Part shown: positions 1-14,354 of the stretch, one piece after another
Position numbering within the stretch: the first letter of the stretch is position 1
Layout: every line of letters starts with the position of its first letter
Assembly (NCBI RefSeq): GCF_037042905.1
Contig: NC_087246.1
Coordinates: 13,950,001 to 14,014,000 of the forward strand
From: Lytechinus pictus
Lineage: Eukaryota
Reading direction: 5' to 3'
Length of the DNA stretch: 64,000 nucleotides
Notes under the pieces: generated by a model
What the model was told of the DNA's origin: nothing
Database searches by the model: none
Seen by the model: only the letters and a program-made list of their open reading frames with translations
Position numbers and translations under genes: made by a program

Positions 1-8
1 CTACTTTA

Positions 9-412
9 TGCTTTTCACACTGCATTTCCTTAACCCCATACTATCTTTTTTTGGTTTCGCACTGTCTTCCTTAACCCCATAGTAATTGCTTAGCCGGGGT
101 TAACGCATTAACCCCGGACTATCGCACAGCTCATGAATATTGATGATTTTGCCATACAGAGCATGATTAACGTGCAATTTCGACTTCTGTGATTGGCTTA
201 TGCTTAGCCCCACTCTTAATTAGCACGGTTTCGTTTCACACTACATTTCTTAGCACCGCAATTGTGGTGCTAGCACCGCAATTAGCCGGCTAACCCTGCT
301 TTTTGCAGGGCCAGATAGTACCATACTATTTACCCTGCTAGCCCAATTTGCTAAAAATGTAGTGTGAAAACGAAGTGGGGTTAAGGAAAAAATAGGTGCA
401 GTGTGAAAAGCA
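9..412. mobile_element. MITE / non-autonomous DNA transposon
   Basis: TIR TGCTTTTCACACTGCA (9-24) / TGCAGTGTGAAAAGCA (397-412), TA on both flanks; internal sub-repeats TTCACACT and CCTTAACCCCA. Confidence 0.8.
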
Positions 413-3400
413 TATATGAGTCCACTAGAATGATTGGTATAATTTTTTGTAAATCTCTCTTTAGCTTTAGAGCTAGTACAGGTTATCTGGCGATGCTCTC
501 AGCTCCACACCAACTTATTATTTTTTTTTAAATCAGACAGACAGTGAAAAGCAACACAGCATTATTATTTTTTTTTTTTTTTAAACCCAAAATCTAATAC
601 CACATAATATCATTGATAAATAAGGGGTAAGAATAATGAATCCACTTTTACCCCAATGCAATTTCCTGATATGGAGAACCACCTCTTCAAAGTTGGGTTG
701 CTTTAGGTTCAAAGTCTCGGGATAGAGGTCACCATATGTTCGCAGGGTTAGTTCAAAATTGTGACGTATTGTGATGGGAGCCCAACTTTGAAGAGGTGGC
801 ACTCCGTACAGGGAAATCGGATTGGATTCATTTTGATTATCCTGTTTCATGTTGTGTTATATTTTGGGTTATATTTTCCTTCAAGTCCTTTTTCAACTGC
901 TGCTATAGTATTAGTGATAATGAACAAAAGCCAACAGATGTGTAAAATAAATAATAAAAATAGTCAAAATCTCTTGACTTCTCCTGACTTGACAACATCA
1001 CGATCACATTGTAAATTGAATCAGGACCACATTCAGATCCAATGGTCTACATACATGTACATGGTTGGGTCCTACTTCCTTGCCCTATGTAGGTACATAC
1101 ATGTATACGTGTAGTCAATTAACCATGGTCATTGTTCATAGGGCCTTCATGAACATATTCAATCTGGATTACAGCCTTGGCTGCTTAAACCATTAATTGA
1201 TGTCATCTTTTATTATTTCAACATATAGGCCTACAGTATACATGCAGATTCATGTTTTACGTTTAGTTAAACAAAAGCCTAATTCATTGCCATTTTACAT
1301 TACTGCTAAAGTGGTTTGGAAAAGGAAGTTGCGTGGAAAAACCTTTGGTATCCATAGAAGCAATATGTTTACATTTTGGCTTATCTCTGTAAATATTATA
1401 TAATGTACCTCATGGCTAATGATAAGGTCAGATTTAGTGATATCCTGAAATTTGTTGTAATACCTTGTTTTGGTTATCAAGGAATTGATGTAATAATTTG
1501 TTAAAATTTAATAATCCAAACTACATGTTATAACATTTTCAGGTGAGTATTTACCTATTATAACAGTCCTTGTTATTACTGTGAAGTTTTAGTAATAGGT
1601 CAGTAGGTCTAGACGTGTTGGCATTTTTCAGCTGTAAGAATGTAAATTTGGCATAAAATATTGAGCATTGTATAAAATTTTAGAATTTTTTATGCTTTAT
1701 ATTGGTATTGATTCCTTCAAAGTGCGAAGTTATGAACATGGGGAGAACATCCAAGCTTTGAACGTGATTAGCTTGAAACCTTGTTTGGGAGACCAGTTGA
1801 AGTGTAGGACTGTTCTTTAATCACTCACAATATTACAATGTATGAGGATATGATCCTTAATTGATTTCTCTCTTGGTCATGTTCCATTACCATTTCTTGG
1901 GATTTTTTTCAGTACGTATAAAGATTTTATGTTGGTACTAAATAATAGAAAATACGATACAGGTCACCAATGATACAAGTGCTTCTGGACTTTGCTTCAG
2001 ATAACATCCTTTTTCCGGTTTATCAACCTCAGTTTTCATTCCATATCCTGTCAAGTTCCGGTCACATAATAGCAGATGAGAACCCATCTACCGCTATTCC
2101 TTTTATGACGATGTGGTTTTCATTGTGCAAATTTGCTTATCATGACCCCACCAACAAATTATTTGTTGTTGAAAATGATGGGAATTTTTTTAATGAAAAG
2201 GATCCAGTGTCTTTGGTTATGATCATTGGCTTGTTGGCATCCTTCGTAGGATGTCTGTAAAATATTTCTTATGATAAATGTGTTGTGATAGTTTTACGGA
2301 GAAATGATGTCATTATTTACCTCAGGAAATTTTTAAAAATCACGAAAATGCCGCCCATAAGATTTTTCATTCAGAATAAAGCATTTTATTAAAAAAGAAA
2401 AAAAAAATGTTTCACAAGTCAACAAATTTATTAAAAAATCAGCTCTCTATACCAAAATGGGTGGGTGAGAAGTTATTACAATGAAAATCACAAAAATTCA
2501 GTGTCCTTGCCTTTTCCTAAATCCTCAGTCACATTTCACATTTTCACTCCCACTATACCACCATCAGTATGGCGAATAATGTATTGATCCCATTTTCTAT
2601 CAGATTTTTTTTCATACTTTAATTTTGCAAAACTTTTTATAACGTTGACTTCTGAACTTCCTAACCAACAAGGATGTCAATCAGATTGTAATTGTGTCAT
2701 TGTTATAAATCATTTGATGATTTTGTGCATGATACCTGTAGACTAGAAACTGCATGTTATCCTGAGAACAATAGAGGAGGACATACAGTTTTTCATGGAA
2801 TCACATTTTGTTGTACTTTAGGTCATTAACATTTGTTTCATATTCTTCAAAAAATTACCAAATAACGGATAATGACCCTTGGGTAAAAAGAAAAAGTTTT
2901 CCTGCTTTCATTTTTTTTTTATACTCTTCTACTTTAATGTATGTCATTATGAATGTTCACAAGGAAAATGGGGATTAAAACTTCAAAATCATTGAAATGA
3001 TGTTACATAAAGGCCTTTGAAAGTTAATATTCATATCGAATCCATTGCATAGCACGAATGTCAATTTTATGTCGATGGTAGAACAAAAATATCAATGCAT
3101 CAAGATTAAGATCAATAATTGCTGCTAATTTGAAGAATACTGTAACTTGTCAACAAAGATCAATGCCTTTTCTGAAGAAAATGAGGGGAAACCCTATTTG
3201 TCAAATGATTAATCAGTTATATTAATTATATTGCATAAAAATATAGTTGATTGTAGGATACACATGTTGTTGACCCATACAGTTCATTCTGTAAACAAAT
3301 GTGTCAGAGAAATAGTAAGTCAAAGTTTCAACATACACAGAGGACTGTAAACATAAGTACCAGATATTGGTTATTGACATTACACAGAAATTATTCGCTA

Positions 3401-3718
3401 TGATGCACGTGATGCAAAGCTACCAACTAGAGTGGCCAATTGTAAATAAACTGTGAGATAATATATAGTAAGCAAGCCTTTACAGGATGTCTGAAATTGA
3501 TTTGCCTTGTAATAAACAATATATTTGCTGTTAGCTTCTCAGAAGGTTATTGACTGAATAATTTTTTATAGGTAGATGCACCGACAGTATTTTGTGTTTC
3601 ATCTTATTTTTCTTTCTTGCTGCTCTCTTTATTTTGTTCTTCCTTGTGAAAATTTCTGTCCTTTTCTCTATCTTTCCCACTTTCATTTTCTTTGTTTCTG
3701 TCTTTATTTGTTTCTCAT

Positions 3719-3886
3719 NNNNNNNNNNNNNNNNNNNNNNNNNNNNNNNNNNNNNNNNNNNNNNNNNNNNNNNNNNNNNNNNNNNNNNNNNNNNNNNNNN
3801 NNNNNNNNNNNNNNNNNNNNNNNNNNNNNNNNNNNNNNNNNNNNNNNNNNNNNNNNNNNNNNNNNNNNNNNNNNNNNNNNNNNNNN
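3719..3886. other. Assembly gap (168 N)
   Basis: Run of N following a T/C-rich low-complexity tract. Confidence 1.
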
Positions 3887-5610
3887 TGCAATGATGCCTT
3901 TTCAAATGTTTTAATGCACTAGAACTTTACATTTAGGCCCTGTTTGTCCTGTTAGGACAGTATACTGGGCATAAAGGTGGCACATTTTGACCTATGTTAC
4001 TACCATATATGTCTGACCACGGATTAGTGGTTAGGAAGTTACTTGTGTACATGTATGTTCAGATAATCTCACTGAATAGTGCCTTTATGATGGTTATGGA
4101 CTTTAAACCCAACTAAAATATTTCTTCCTTTCATTTCTTTGTAATACGCTGGATCTGTGACTTCACTGCACGCTACTTTATGTCATGGGTTATTTTGGGA
4201 TATGCTGTCTGCACACGTCTGAACAAAGAGCACCAGACTAATAGAGTGAAGAAAAAATATAGAACTTGATAAAATTGCAGTTACTACATTGTTTGTTAGT
4301 CATGAACATGATTTGAAAAAGAAAAAAAAAAATTACACAGAAGTTTGTAAAGTCTCACTTAGGGACATATGCCTATATGTGTCACTTTTCAATTATATTA
4401 TTTAAAAAGCCTGTACAAAGGCTTGGGATCTTTTGATTGATATATATTTTGTTTTAAAATGTAATTCTCAAACATGTGACAGGATAAATGGGGATACAAT
4501 CTAAATCCTTCTGATTAAGTTTTGACTTTTGATGTATTCAAACTTCAAATGGCCTTTAGAGTTAGACACAGTTCAATTTTGACCAAGTCATGGAGCTATG
4601 AGCTATATATCTGATCAACAGAAAATTAAAAAATAAAGAACCAGTTAATGAAATGTGATTTGTAAGATACGAATGTGAGAATTCAATTCACATTATTACA
4701 GAAGCTTTATGAGGATTTTAATAGCTTTAAAGCACATTGTTATGTTATGAGGCTGAATTGACTATAGAACTGCTCCATCTTCATTTTCTTAATGTACAAT
4801 GAAAAGATTGACTTCGACTGTCAACCCAATACTTTTTTAGTAACGAGCATCATTACTAGATTCAGAACGTCATGAGAATTTGTAAAGCAAATGTCATCAG
4901 AATAAACACTAATTTTTTTTAGAATTTTGCCCAAATTGATTCATATCACCATTGTTTTCTCATTGGTCAGTTAAAATTAGTATCTTCATCATTCTCTTCT
5001 GCTAGAGGGACGTTAATTCAATGTAAACATATGAAAATACTACCTTTCTTGCTCTAGACTGTTGATACTGTCTCCTAATACAGTGAGTCAGAGGTTAGGA
5101 CGTGCAGACTTCTCTGACCCCAAGCTCAGCGTGAAACTAGGGAAGCAGTCCCGCCCAGCTTGTTTGGTTTCACATTCTATGCAGTCATTCACACTGGGCT
5201 GTAATTGAACTTAAAACGATTTTAGTAGGTGGGTAATGCTGAACGGACATAAGTTTTTGTTGAAGCCATAAAATTACCTTCAGTATTTGAGTTTATATGG
5301 AAAACTCACACTGATGCGTGTGGTAATAAATTCACTTTTTGTAGGTGAAAACAAAATGATCAGCACTGTACTGTAGGTGCAATAATAGCAGCATTTCATA
5401 AAGAAAGTTGAATCTGTTTTGTAATATTTTGCACTGTCTTTGTGTATAATTTCATAAGGGGTTGGGGAGGGGATGGTGATGGGGATGGGGCAAGTGGAGC
5501 AGGATGTAAGAGGTACAATACACACACTAATACTTCCCTCCCTGTTCACGTCATGAATCTTGGGGTAAATAACCACACCCAGGTGACTTCATAGAGGTAC
5601 ATAAAATCCA

Positions 5611-5812
5611 AATGTCAACATACATCAATGAAGACTATGATAATAGTTGCATACACATTTTCATTATTCCTATTCAAGTAAAGTTTTCCTTCCAGAATAA
5701 CGTCACATACCTGTGCATGTATGATTTTTGTAAAGAATGTCAGCATACGTCAATGAAGCCGATGAATAAGTACCGGTAGTTGCTTTGGCTTTATCATTAT
5801 TTCTATTCAAGT
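5611..5812. repeat. Imperfect direct duplication (about 70 bp; 5611-5679 and 5736-5812)
   Basis: AATGTCAxCATACxTCAATGAAG...TAGTTGC...TCATTATTxCTATTCAAGT occurs twice. Confidence 0.85.
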
Positions 5813-7690
5813 GATATTGTTAACATAATACATGATGTTTTCAAGTGCAAACTATTATTTTGATATGCCCTGCCTTCGGACGATATTGTCACACTTGATG
5901 GAGACTGCTACAGTATAGTAGCAGGTGGTTACAAATCGTTGCAATGTCTGAATCCCACTCAAGATCTATGGCCATTCCACAGTTTACAAAATATATTTTT
6001 GCTTTATATAACAGGTGCCTTACAATATACTATGTGCTTTTATAGGTTTGACAATTAATTATTTTGTGTAATTTTCATTTAAACTAATTAATTTCTTAAC
6101 CAGGTCTATCTAACACCACTTTTCTTTTGTGATGAAGTGACTGATGATCATGATACTTGATAGACCAAAATGATTATGTGATAAAATGGGAGGAAAAAGC
6201 AAATGGCACTTAGCTTGAATTGATATTGGACTAAATGATGATTGGGCCAAAAGCAATTAAACCAAGTAATCAAACGTTTTCGACATATTGGTGTTAAAGA
6301 CAATCACTCAAAAAATCAAAGACCAACATCTGTGCAGGGTGTCTGCAGACTCGCATCTTATTCTCAATTTATTGAATCAATAAGTGGGCCTTGAAAAAAT
6401 CAAACTTTGTGGTCGAAATACAATTCCATCCAGCCTTGGAGGATAAAAATTCAGACCACCCTAGTTTGTCACACCTAGTTTGTTGTGACAAACGTATGAT
6501 GTATGTTTTTATGTTGTCTATACCAAGGCAACAAATGATTCTGGGTTTGAATCTCCAACCTGATGCCGAGAAAGACGAGGTTCGAGGAGCGAATAAAAAT
6601 GAATCGGTACTTGGATGCTTACTATGGTTATGGCGGAAGTTGAGGATGTTTTAGTTTGATCAAATGATATTCCATGGCCGGGCAAACAAAATCTGACATT
6701 CTAACCTTGGCAAAATGAAAGTAGGCTTGGTCAAGATCAACCCAATAATTGCCACAGTTAGTTCAGTACCGGTATATACGTCAGTTTCTACATGACTTCA
6801 CAGAATGAAAAGGGGACAACGTGTTAAGTATAGGCTACTATTTGTCATACAGAACCTTTTTACTGACCAAATCAGTTTGATCGAGCAATGAGGTTATATA
6901 TTCGCTAAAAATAACTTGAATCACTCCACATCCTATGTGTATTTATGAACATCTATATGTAGAGCATTATGCCTTATTTTATCACATGACTTTTGTGCAA
7001 ATAGGCGCATTGGGTAGCAGTGTACAGTACATGCACAGTAGTGCTATACAATTTGTTTTCAGTGAAAATAATATGACCAGCATATTTGAATAACTGTTCA
7101 TGTAAGAACTTACAGAATTCATTGTTCCATCATGTGCACATAGAGGGAAAAAGGGGAAGTGTTGATGAGAAATAGTCCCATCATATCTAATGTCTTTGTG
7201 TTGTGTTTACAACTTTTTGGAGAAAGAAAATAGTTCAGAATATTTTCTTTAACTGGAGAAGCCCCCCTGCTTCTGCAGCCCCTGGTGTTGATTTAATTTC
7301 TGTATGAAATGTAAATGTACATATCAAGAAATGTCTCAAATATGGCCTTTTTGAGGGGGGGGGGTATGTGTGTGAGGACTTCCCCTTGATATTGGTAGTG
7401 TGTACATCCAGAATTTGGGGCATAAATTGTAAGTTGGATTTCTATGGTTAGGTTCTCAAAACTACTGCCACTAAATTTTCCTGTTTAGGTTTCTGGTCCT
7501 AATGAAAATAGTGCATTGCATACAGACAGCTGAAACACCCCATTGCCACCGACCATCTTCCTTCCATCCATCAGCTACCAACATCTTATAAATAACAAAA
7601 ACTTTGATGATCAAGGAAACAACTGCATAGAAACCTGTATTGAGCTATCAGTCATCCACATGAACATTGAGCGATAAAACTGGTTTCTTT

Positions 7691-8125
7691 GAGGCCGTTC
7701 TCATTACGCTTTCTAAAACTAGTTTACTGGAAACCGATTCAGGAAACCAGTTTGGAAGATCGCTCTGTTAGCGTCCCACTTGATCACACGAAAGTGGTTT
7801 TCAAAATCACTTCACTTAAAGCGATCTTGTTGCTATGGAAACACTCTCAGTGGGTGACACGGTTCGCGCGAAATTTGAAACCGCAGCCTAGGCTTTCTAC
7901 ACCCGGCGTGTGGAGTAGCGTGCTCAAAATGTGTGAAGATCATTTCCCGAAGAATGGTTGTTTCCTCACTTATGCTAATACCAGTTTAACGAGGCAAAGC
8001 GATCTTGAAAATTACTTTGCGAGGTGGTTTTCTGAACCGGTTTGGAAGATCGCTTCAACCGTTCTTACTACACGTTAAACTAGTTTCCAGTAAACCAGTT
8101 TTAGGAAGGTAGTGAGAACGGTGTC
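7691..8125. mobile_element. MITE with about 45-bp imperfect TIRs
   Basis: GAGGCCGTTCTCATTACGCTTTCTAAAACTAGTTTACTGGAAAC ... GTTTCCAGTAAACCAGTTTTAGGAAGGTAGTGAGAACGGTGTC; internal repeats (GTTTGGAAGATCGCT twice); TSD unclear. Confidence 0.8.
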
Positions 8126-9161
8126 TTTGTCTTCTTAACACGGTTTCGAAGGAATAGTTATATTCATTTTCACTTTTACTCCCTGTATATTCTATTGTTT
8201 TTATTTCTGTACCGTTTGATAAACTATACATACTGTTGTGTAAATCGCAAAGTTCTTTCTGAAGATCTTTCGGTATTAAAGCAGTCTGTCTTCCTTGTTG
8301 TTGGTAAACATACCTACAAAGCATACTAGCCATATCAACTACTGGTATTAGAAAGAGATGTTTCAGACAGCATGTTCCAGCAATTCATGGATGTTGCCAT
8401 GGGATTTTGATAATAGTCATAGATAGATTGGGAAAAATCTCACCAGATTACCTTGTGTTTTCTTGTAAGCACTTGAGTTTCAAGTACTAATATACAGAGG
8501 AGGATGTTTCAACTTGGAGAGGCTTGGTTATTGAAAAACAATTGACTTGTCCACACAGACGACTACAGTTCACACGTTTCTCAATATACTGCAACTTGCT
8601 CACATTCATTTTCATGCTTCAAAACTGTCGTAAGGAAGACATTTTTACAATACTTGATACACTGGACATTGTGGAACTCGCAACTACAGTAAGCCTATAT
8701 CAAGAAGGAACATGATTTACAGTCTTCAACTTGAACTTCCTACAGCATTTCATGGAGAACTGAAATGAAAAATGGATTTCACTACATCGATTATACACTT
8801 ATCATAATTTTTTAAAGGAAGATTTCTTAAAAATTTAGTCTGCTACATTTGTGGTATACAAATTCAGATGATAACTGAAAGGTGCTATTTACAAGGGGAA
8901 CTTTTTATTCCTGGAACTCTTGAGATGTCCTGTAACATTCTATGAGAGCTGAAATGGGACTATGGTGATTACCCACATTCAGTTTGGAGTCTCACAACTC
9001 TTTTGAGAAGTTCTTTTATTCTAGATTACATAGCATGGCCATGCTGACAAAATCAAATGAGCAATGAAAGGTCAATATTCTGAACAGTTTGCTCAGTGTC
9101 TGCAAGAGTACCTGCAACATTTCTGGAGAACTAAAATTCTTTGATTGCTCCATGGTAAAGA

Positions 9162-9984
9162 ATGGAGGGCATGGATAATGGGAACTGTGCTCTCACAAAT
9201 GGAAAAGAGGGACAGGTACAAGAAGATGGAGAAGGAGAGGAGCAGGAGAAAGAAGAACAGGTGCAGGACCAAGAAGATTTGGAAGACAGGGTACATGGGC
9301 AGAAGCAAGAGGAAAAAGTGCAGGAACAAGGAAACGATAAGGATAAGGATAAGGAGCAGGAACATGATGACCAAAATAATTTTGTGTTAGAGCAGGAGCA
9401 AAGGGAGCAGATGCAGGAGGACAATGGAAATTGGAAAGAAGAAAAGCAGGAGCAAGAGTACCAAGTGCTGGATCAAGAAGACAGTGAAGAAGAGGAACAG
9501 GAGGAGAAGAGAATAGAGCAGGTGCAGAAGCAAGAAGATAGGAAAGTTGAGGAGCAGAAGCAACAGCAGGAAGCCAAGAAAGAAGACAAGCATGGGATTG
9601 AACAGGTGGATGGGGAAGAAGAGGAGCAGAAGATGCATATGGGTGGTAACGAAGAGCAGGAAGATGGGGAAGGAGGGGAACATGTGCAAAAGCAAGGAGA
9701 TGAGACCAAAGAGAAGCAGATGCAGGAGCAAGTTCAGGCACGAGAAGATTGGGAGGAAGGGGAGCAGAAACAAGAAAAAGTGGAGCAGCTGCAAGAGCAA
9801 GAGCAAGGAGCTGGAGGAAATGATCAATATAATAATATGCAGGAAAAAGAGAAGCAAATGCAGGAGGGTGATCAGTGGGAACATGAAGAACAAGGGAAGA
9901 GTGATGATGATGATGGAGAATGGGATAGATATTGGAGTCGAGAGGAAGATTGGTACCTGAAGATGATAGACAGAGTGTTTAGTG
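9162..9984 (+). CDS. BCR/ABR: Putative first coding exon: 274 codons, Glu/Gln/Asp-rich low-complexity N-terminus
   Basis: ATG in AGAATGG context with an in-frame TAA at 9156. Open to a consensus G|GTAAGT donor at 9985 in phase 1, matching the phase-1 acceptor at 13085. Confidence 0.65.
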
Positions 9985-12900
9985 GTAAGTTACAAATAAT
10001 ACCCATAGAGAAAATAATAGGTGTGGTGCATGTGCAATGATCGATTTGAAGAAATGAAACTTAACAATGCCTGTTATGAAACTGTATGTGATGTGATCAA
10101 GGCTCCTTTGCATAAAAGTTACTATAATCATGATAATAGTAACTTTGTCATCAAATGGTGTCTTCCATAGTATCCTTGTACTTGATTGGCTATTGAGCAT
10201 CGTTGCCATTGTAGTTATATCATGGCAAAGTAACCATAATATTAACTTTTATGCAATGGGCCCAGAGCCTATTCAGATTGTCGTCAATTGTCGTGATAAC
10301 AGACCCTTCCAACAGAAACTAGGGAATTCGTCAACTTCTAGTACATCATTTATTATTTTTCATTAATTGAGACCAGCATATTACATCCTAAGCATGACGT
10401 TCTACCATCATTGATGGCTACAAACCAGAATGATGGGTACATAAAAATTAGAGTTTCAGTGTGATTCCAACCAAAGGTTAGATAAACAATGATTTTTCAA
10501 TTTGGGAAATTGACTTACACCTATGATTCATATTTGATCTGATGTGATGTGAATGAGTAGTGACATGAATTGCATATATACACAGCAAAGATGACTATGC
10601 TAGGCTATTATGTACATGTATAGTTTGCATTTTGCAGACACAAAACTCTTTGTTTGCTGGAAAATGTGTTTTAAAGGTATGGACTTGGCTTAAATGTGAT
10701 TGTGCTCTATTTTTTTGTTCAGGGAATCTGGAGGGTGGTGTCTGGATATATTTTTTGTCTGACCATTTAACTTAACTATTTTTGCTATAATACAATTGTA
10801 AAATTATTGTTCAGGGGAATAAAACAATGTAAAATGCTTTACATTGAAATTGAGTAATGGTCCTAAAAATCAGTTAAATCATGGACCTGTTACAAGAGTG
10901 GACAGGATCTTATTATTAAAAGAAAAACAAATCAGCAAATTATGAGGGTTCTCAACGATGGTGAACCCTATCTATTGAGTGCAACAGGTGGTTGATTTCC
11001 CTGAAATGATGGATCACATCAGCACACCTTTTCCTCTTATAGTATAATTTAATTGATGATTAAGGTTGGTTGATTGTCCTTCAGACGGCTCAATCTCTTT
11101 GACCCTTTTTCAGGACAAGGAAACTTCAGCAAGTTAGCAGTGCTATTACATGTATTCACCACATGGTTATAAACTTGGAAGGTTGAGTGTGTTCAAATTA
11201 ATGGAAGACATATTGGCATTTGTGTTCCATCCACTAAAAACAGTGACTGCATTAATAGTACATCACATAATTATTAGTGAGATTTTAGATTAAAAGAAGT
11301 GATCATAGTGTGGCAGAATTCAAGTCAGCTATTGTCTTTCATAGCTGCCCAAATTTTGAGTGGGTTACTATAATGTGAACAATTATTTTACTGATTAAAA
11401 TACTTTTATGGACCTTTTTGTACTGTTGTACATCACAAACTTTTTTTTTCCAAGTTAATAATACTGAATATACTCCCTTTTTACAACAAATTTGTTTTAG
11501 TGTGAATACCATCATTGCACACACTTCCATTCCCTATCAGTAATACAAAGCCAGAATAGCTCTATAGCTGATGAAAGGGTTTGGTGATTTGGTAGTGATA
11601 TTTTACCTGATTGCAAAGAAAGCATGAATGCTTTGCAATTTTGCATAGTACATAATGCAGAGTCTGAAGTAATGAGATCTGATTCACTATTCACTTTACT
11701 CTAGACCTGTTATTGGTTAAAGTGTCAAATATAAGTCTGTGCTTGCAGACGAAGGACCAACGGCTTTGGATCCTTTCCGAGGGACCTGGTGATGAGGATT
11801 TAAATGCCTTACCATAGGGCACCAGCGCACCAAGTGGGAATCAACCCCGGTAACTTGAATGCAAAACCCCCACTCCTTTGAAACTTTTATAGCATTGATT
11901 CTTCTCGTAGCCAGCTACTGTATAATTTGAAAGCCGCTCCATATCAGACATTCCCTACCTGAAAAAGCTAATGTAAATTCTTAATTCTGTGTAGAAGCTT
12001 CAATTGTGGCATTTATTTTACTATGAAAAAGTTGCCACATTCAACCAAAGGTAATAGGATTGGGAAGGAATATGTTATCTGACAGGCAGTTTCCACAATA
12101 GCTTGCCTCTGTATAACCTTGTTGTGATTATTAAGAAATTATTTATATATCCGGAATTGACTTAGTTTACGCCAGCTGTTATATGGGAGGGGGATGATCG
12201 GGTCCATTGAGGTCAATTGATAGATAAATTAGCACAACTCATATTTCCCCTTCCCAATAGCTGAACAATTGATTATGTTTCAAAGAAGCAGGGGCCAAGA
12301 AATCTCAATGTGGTTATGACTAACCTAAACCTGTCCAGCTGTTATCGTCTTCATTTGAGTGGGCCTGTATATGAAATGAAAGCTTCAAGAAGTTATTAGG
12401 GACAGTATCGAGTGTGATGAATCGCTTTGTTTTTCCATTGGATTCCAGCTTCAGAGAATTATTTTATCTCAAGTTGTACTTATACTTTCTTTTATGCCGA
12501 TTGGATAAAAAAACTCTATCATTGTGTCAGATTGAACTTGTCACCTGTATGCAGTTGTTGTTTTTTTTAGTTAAAGATTTGGAAAGGATGAATACTTCAT
12601 TTATGTATTGATAAGTGACTGAAATCTTACAGGAACATTTCACATTGGTTTGACTTCGCCCCTCTACTCCCCTTCACTTGTACATGGAATCTAAACAAGG
12701 ATTTGTTTTAAAGTATGCTTGTGATTGAAAAAAAAGTAATTTGATCTTTGGAAACATTTCATGGTCATCATTCATGGATCTTACATGGATTTATGCAATA
12801 TTTCTTGTTCAGTGGTTATAGTCCATTGAAGGAAACAATTTTTGATCCTGGTTTTATTGGACAAAATCTTGTTTCATTGAAAGGATTCGTGTGACAGTAG

Positions 12901-14322
12901 CAGAAAGCCATGAGTAAGTAATTATGCTGTTTTGAGTTCCTTCTCTTGGATGAAAATGAATTATATAAGATTTTTTAATTCCTGCAAATAATAAATTCAC
13001 TCCATATTTTGTCATGTAAAAAAAAGAATATCATTTGAAATAAATGAATATTAAATCTCTATCATATTTTCCCTCTCTTACCAGGAGCGCTGTCTTCAGA
13101 TTCAGTAAGCCTAAGCCCATCGGTGGATTCCGTAGAAGATAAAGATGTTGATCCGGCCGTTATCAGACCTAACGATATCAACATTACACTCACAGATAAT
13201 GGACAACATAGCCCTTCTCTTGATTCACCACATTCTGCTACAACACCAAGCAGGGTAAGTGGAGATGTGGAAAGGGATTCAAACTTTAAATTACCCCCCC
13301 TCCCCCTGTAAAAAAAATGGAGAATAAAAACAATAAATAACAAAAAAATAAAAACATAGAAATTAATAAAGAAATATTAATAAATAAATAAAATAAAATA
13401 ATAAAAAAATCAAATAGAATACATCAATAAAAGATGAATAAATGGAAAAAAATAAAAATTAGTTGTAATCGATAATAAAATAGAATAAAAATGAATAGAT
13501 TAAAAATATAGAAAGATAGATGAATAAGATATAGAGATATTCAAAATTTAAAAGAAAAGTTTTGTTTTTTTCTCAGAAGCCAACAGATCTGGGAAAGATG
13601 TAAGTGAAAGTTTTTGCAAAAAAGGGCCTCACAGTAACAAAAGTTATGAACATTTCAATTCCCACATTTATAAATGTGTTGAGATTTTAGATTAACAATG
13701 CCCTCATGCTGATAAGATGCAGGGATGTAAATATGCTCTACTGTCCATTATATGAAAATCTACCTTTCTCAAAAAGTTTCTGAGATAATATAATTTTTTT
13801 ATGGATTGTAGGTGATGTAATATAATGGGTTTGCTGAAAAGTCAAAAAATCTATAGGTTAGTTCCACTGGCACCCTACAACACCTTTACCAAAAATATTT
13901 CAAGAGTGCTTCCATATTAGAGCGGGCATTGACTCATTGCACTTATATTTTCCTTTGATGTGTTGTTTCTTTGTATGGGACCAAAATGTGGTTTGCACTT
14001 TTTTGGGGGTGAATAGTATATCCTATATTGACGCTCATTGATAATAAATAGGCTAATTTGTCTGTTGTGGAATAGAGTTAGGAATATATAGGAAGATTAG
14101 AATATTGAATCCTGTGTTGGTAACTTGGTGGTCCAGAATAAAAAGTACAGTTATTATTGAACTGCTTTTGTGGCTTTTGGTAATGACTCGAGAAAACACC
14201 TGTATTATGTGTCGTGATTCATACCCTAGTTTTAATAGATTTGATTCAGCTAAAAATGTAGTATCCTATTGGCAACGATTTGAAAGGATACATCGGAAGT
14301 AGTCTACCCTCTTTTATAGTAC

Positions 14323-14354
<32 letters not shown>

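Noticed and set aside
581-2260. Upstream BCR exons (coiled-coil first exon) among the ORFs at 581-2260
   Set aside because: No recognisable BCR N-terminal motif or convincing splice-compatible exon found.
3531-3922. ORFs spanning the N run
   Set aside because: Artefacts of the assembly gap.
9093-9960. Several overlapping ORFs on both strands around the acidic exon
   Set aside because: Shadow frames of a purine-rich low-complexity sequence.
9985-10040. The 292-aa ORF as a stand-alone single-exon gene ending at 10040
   Set aside because: Less parsimonious than splicing at the consensus, phase-compatible donor at 9985, though not excluded.
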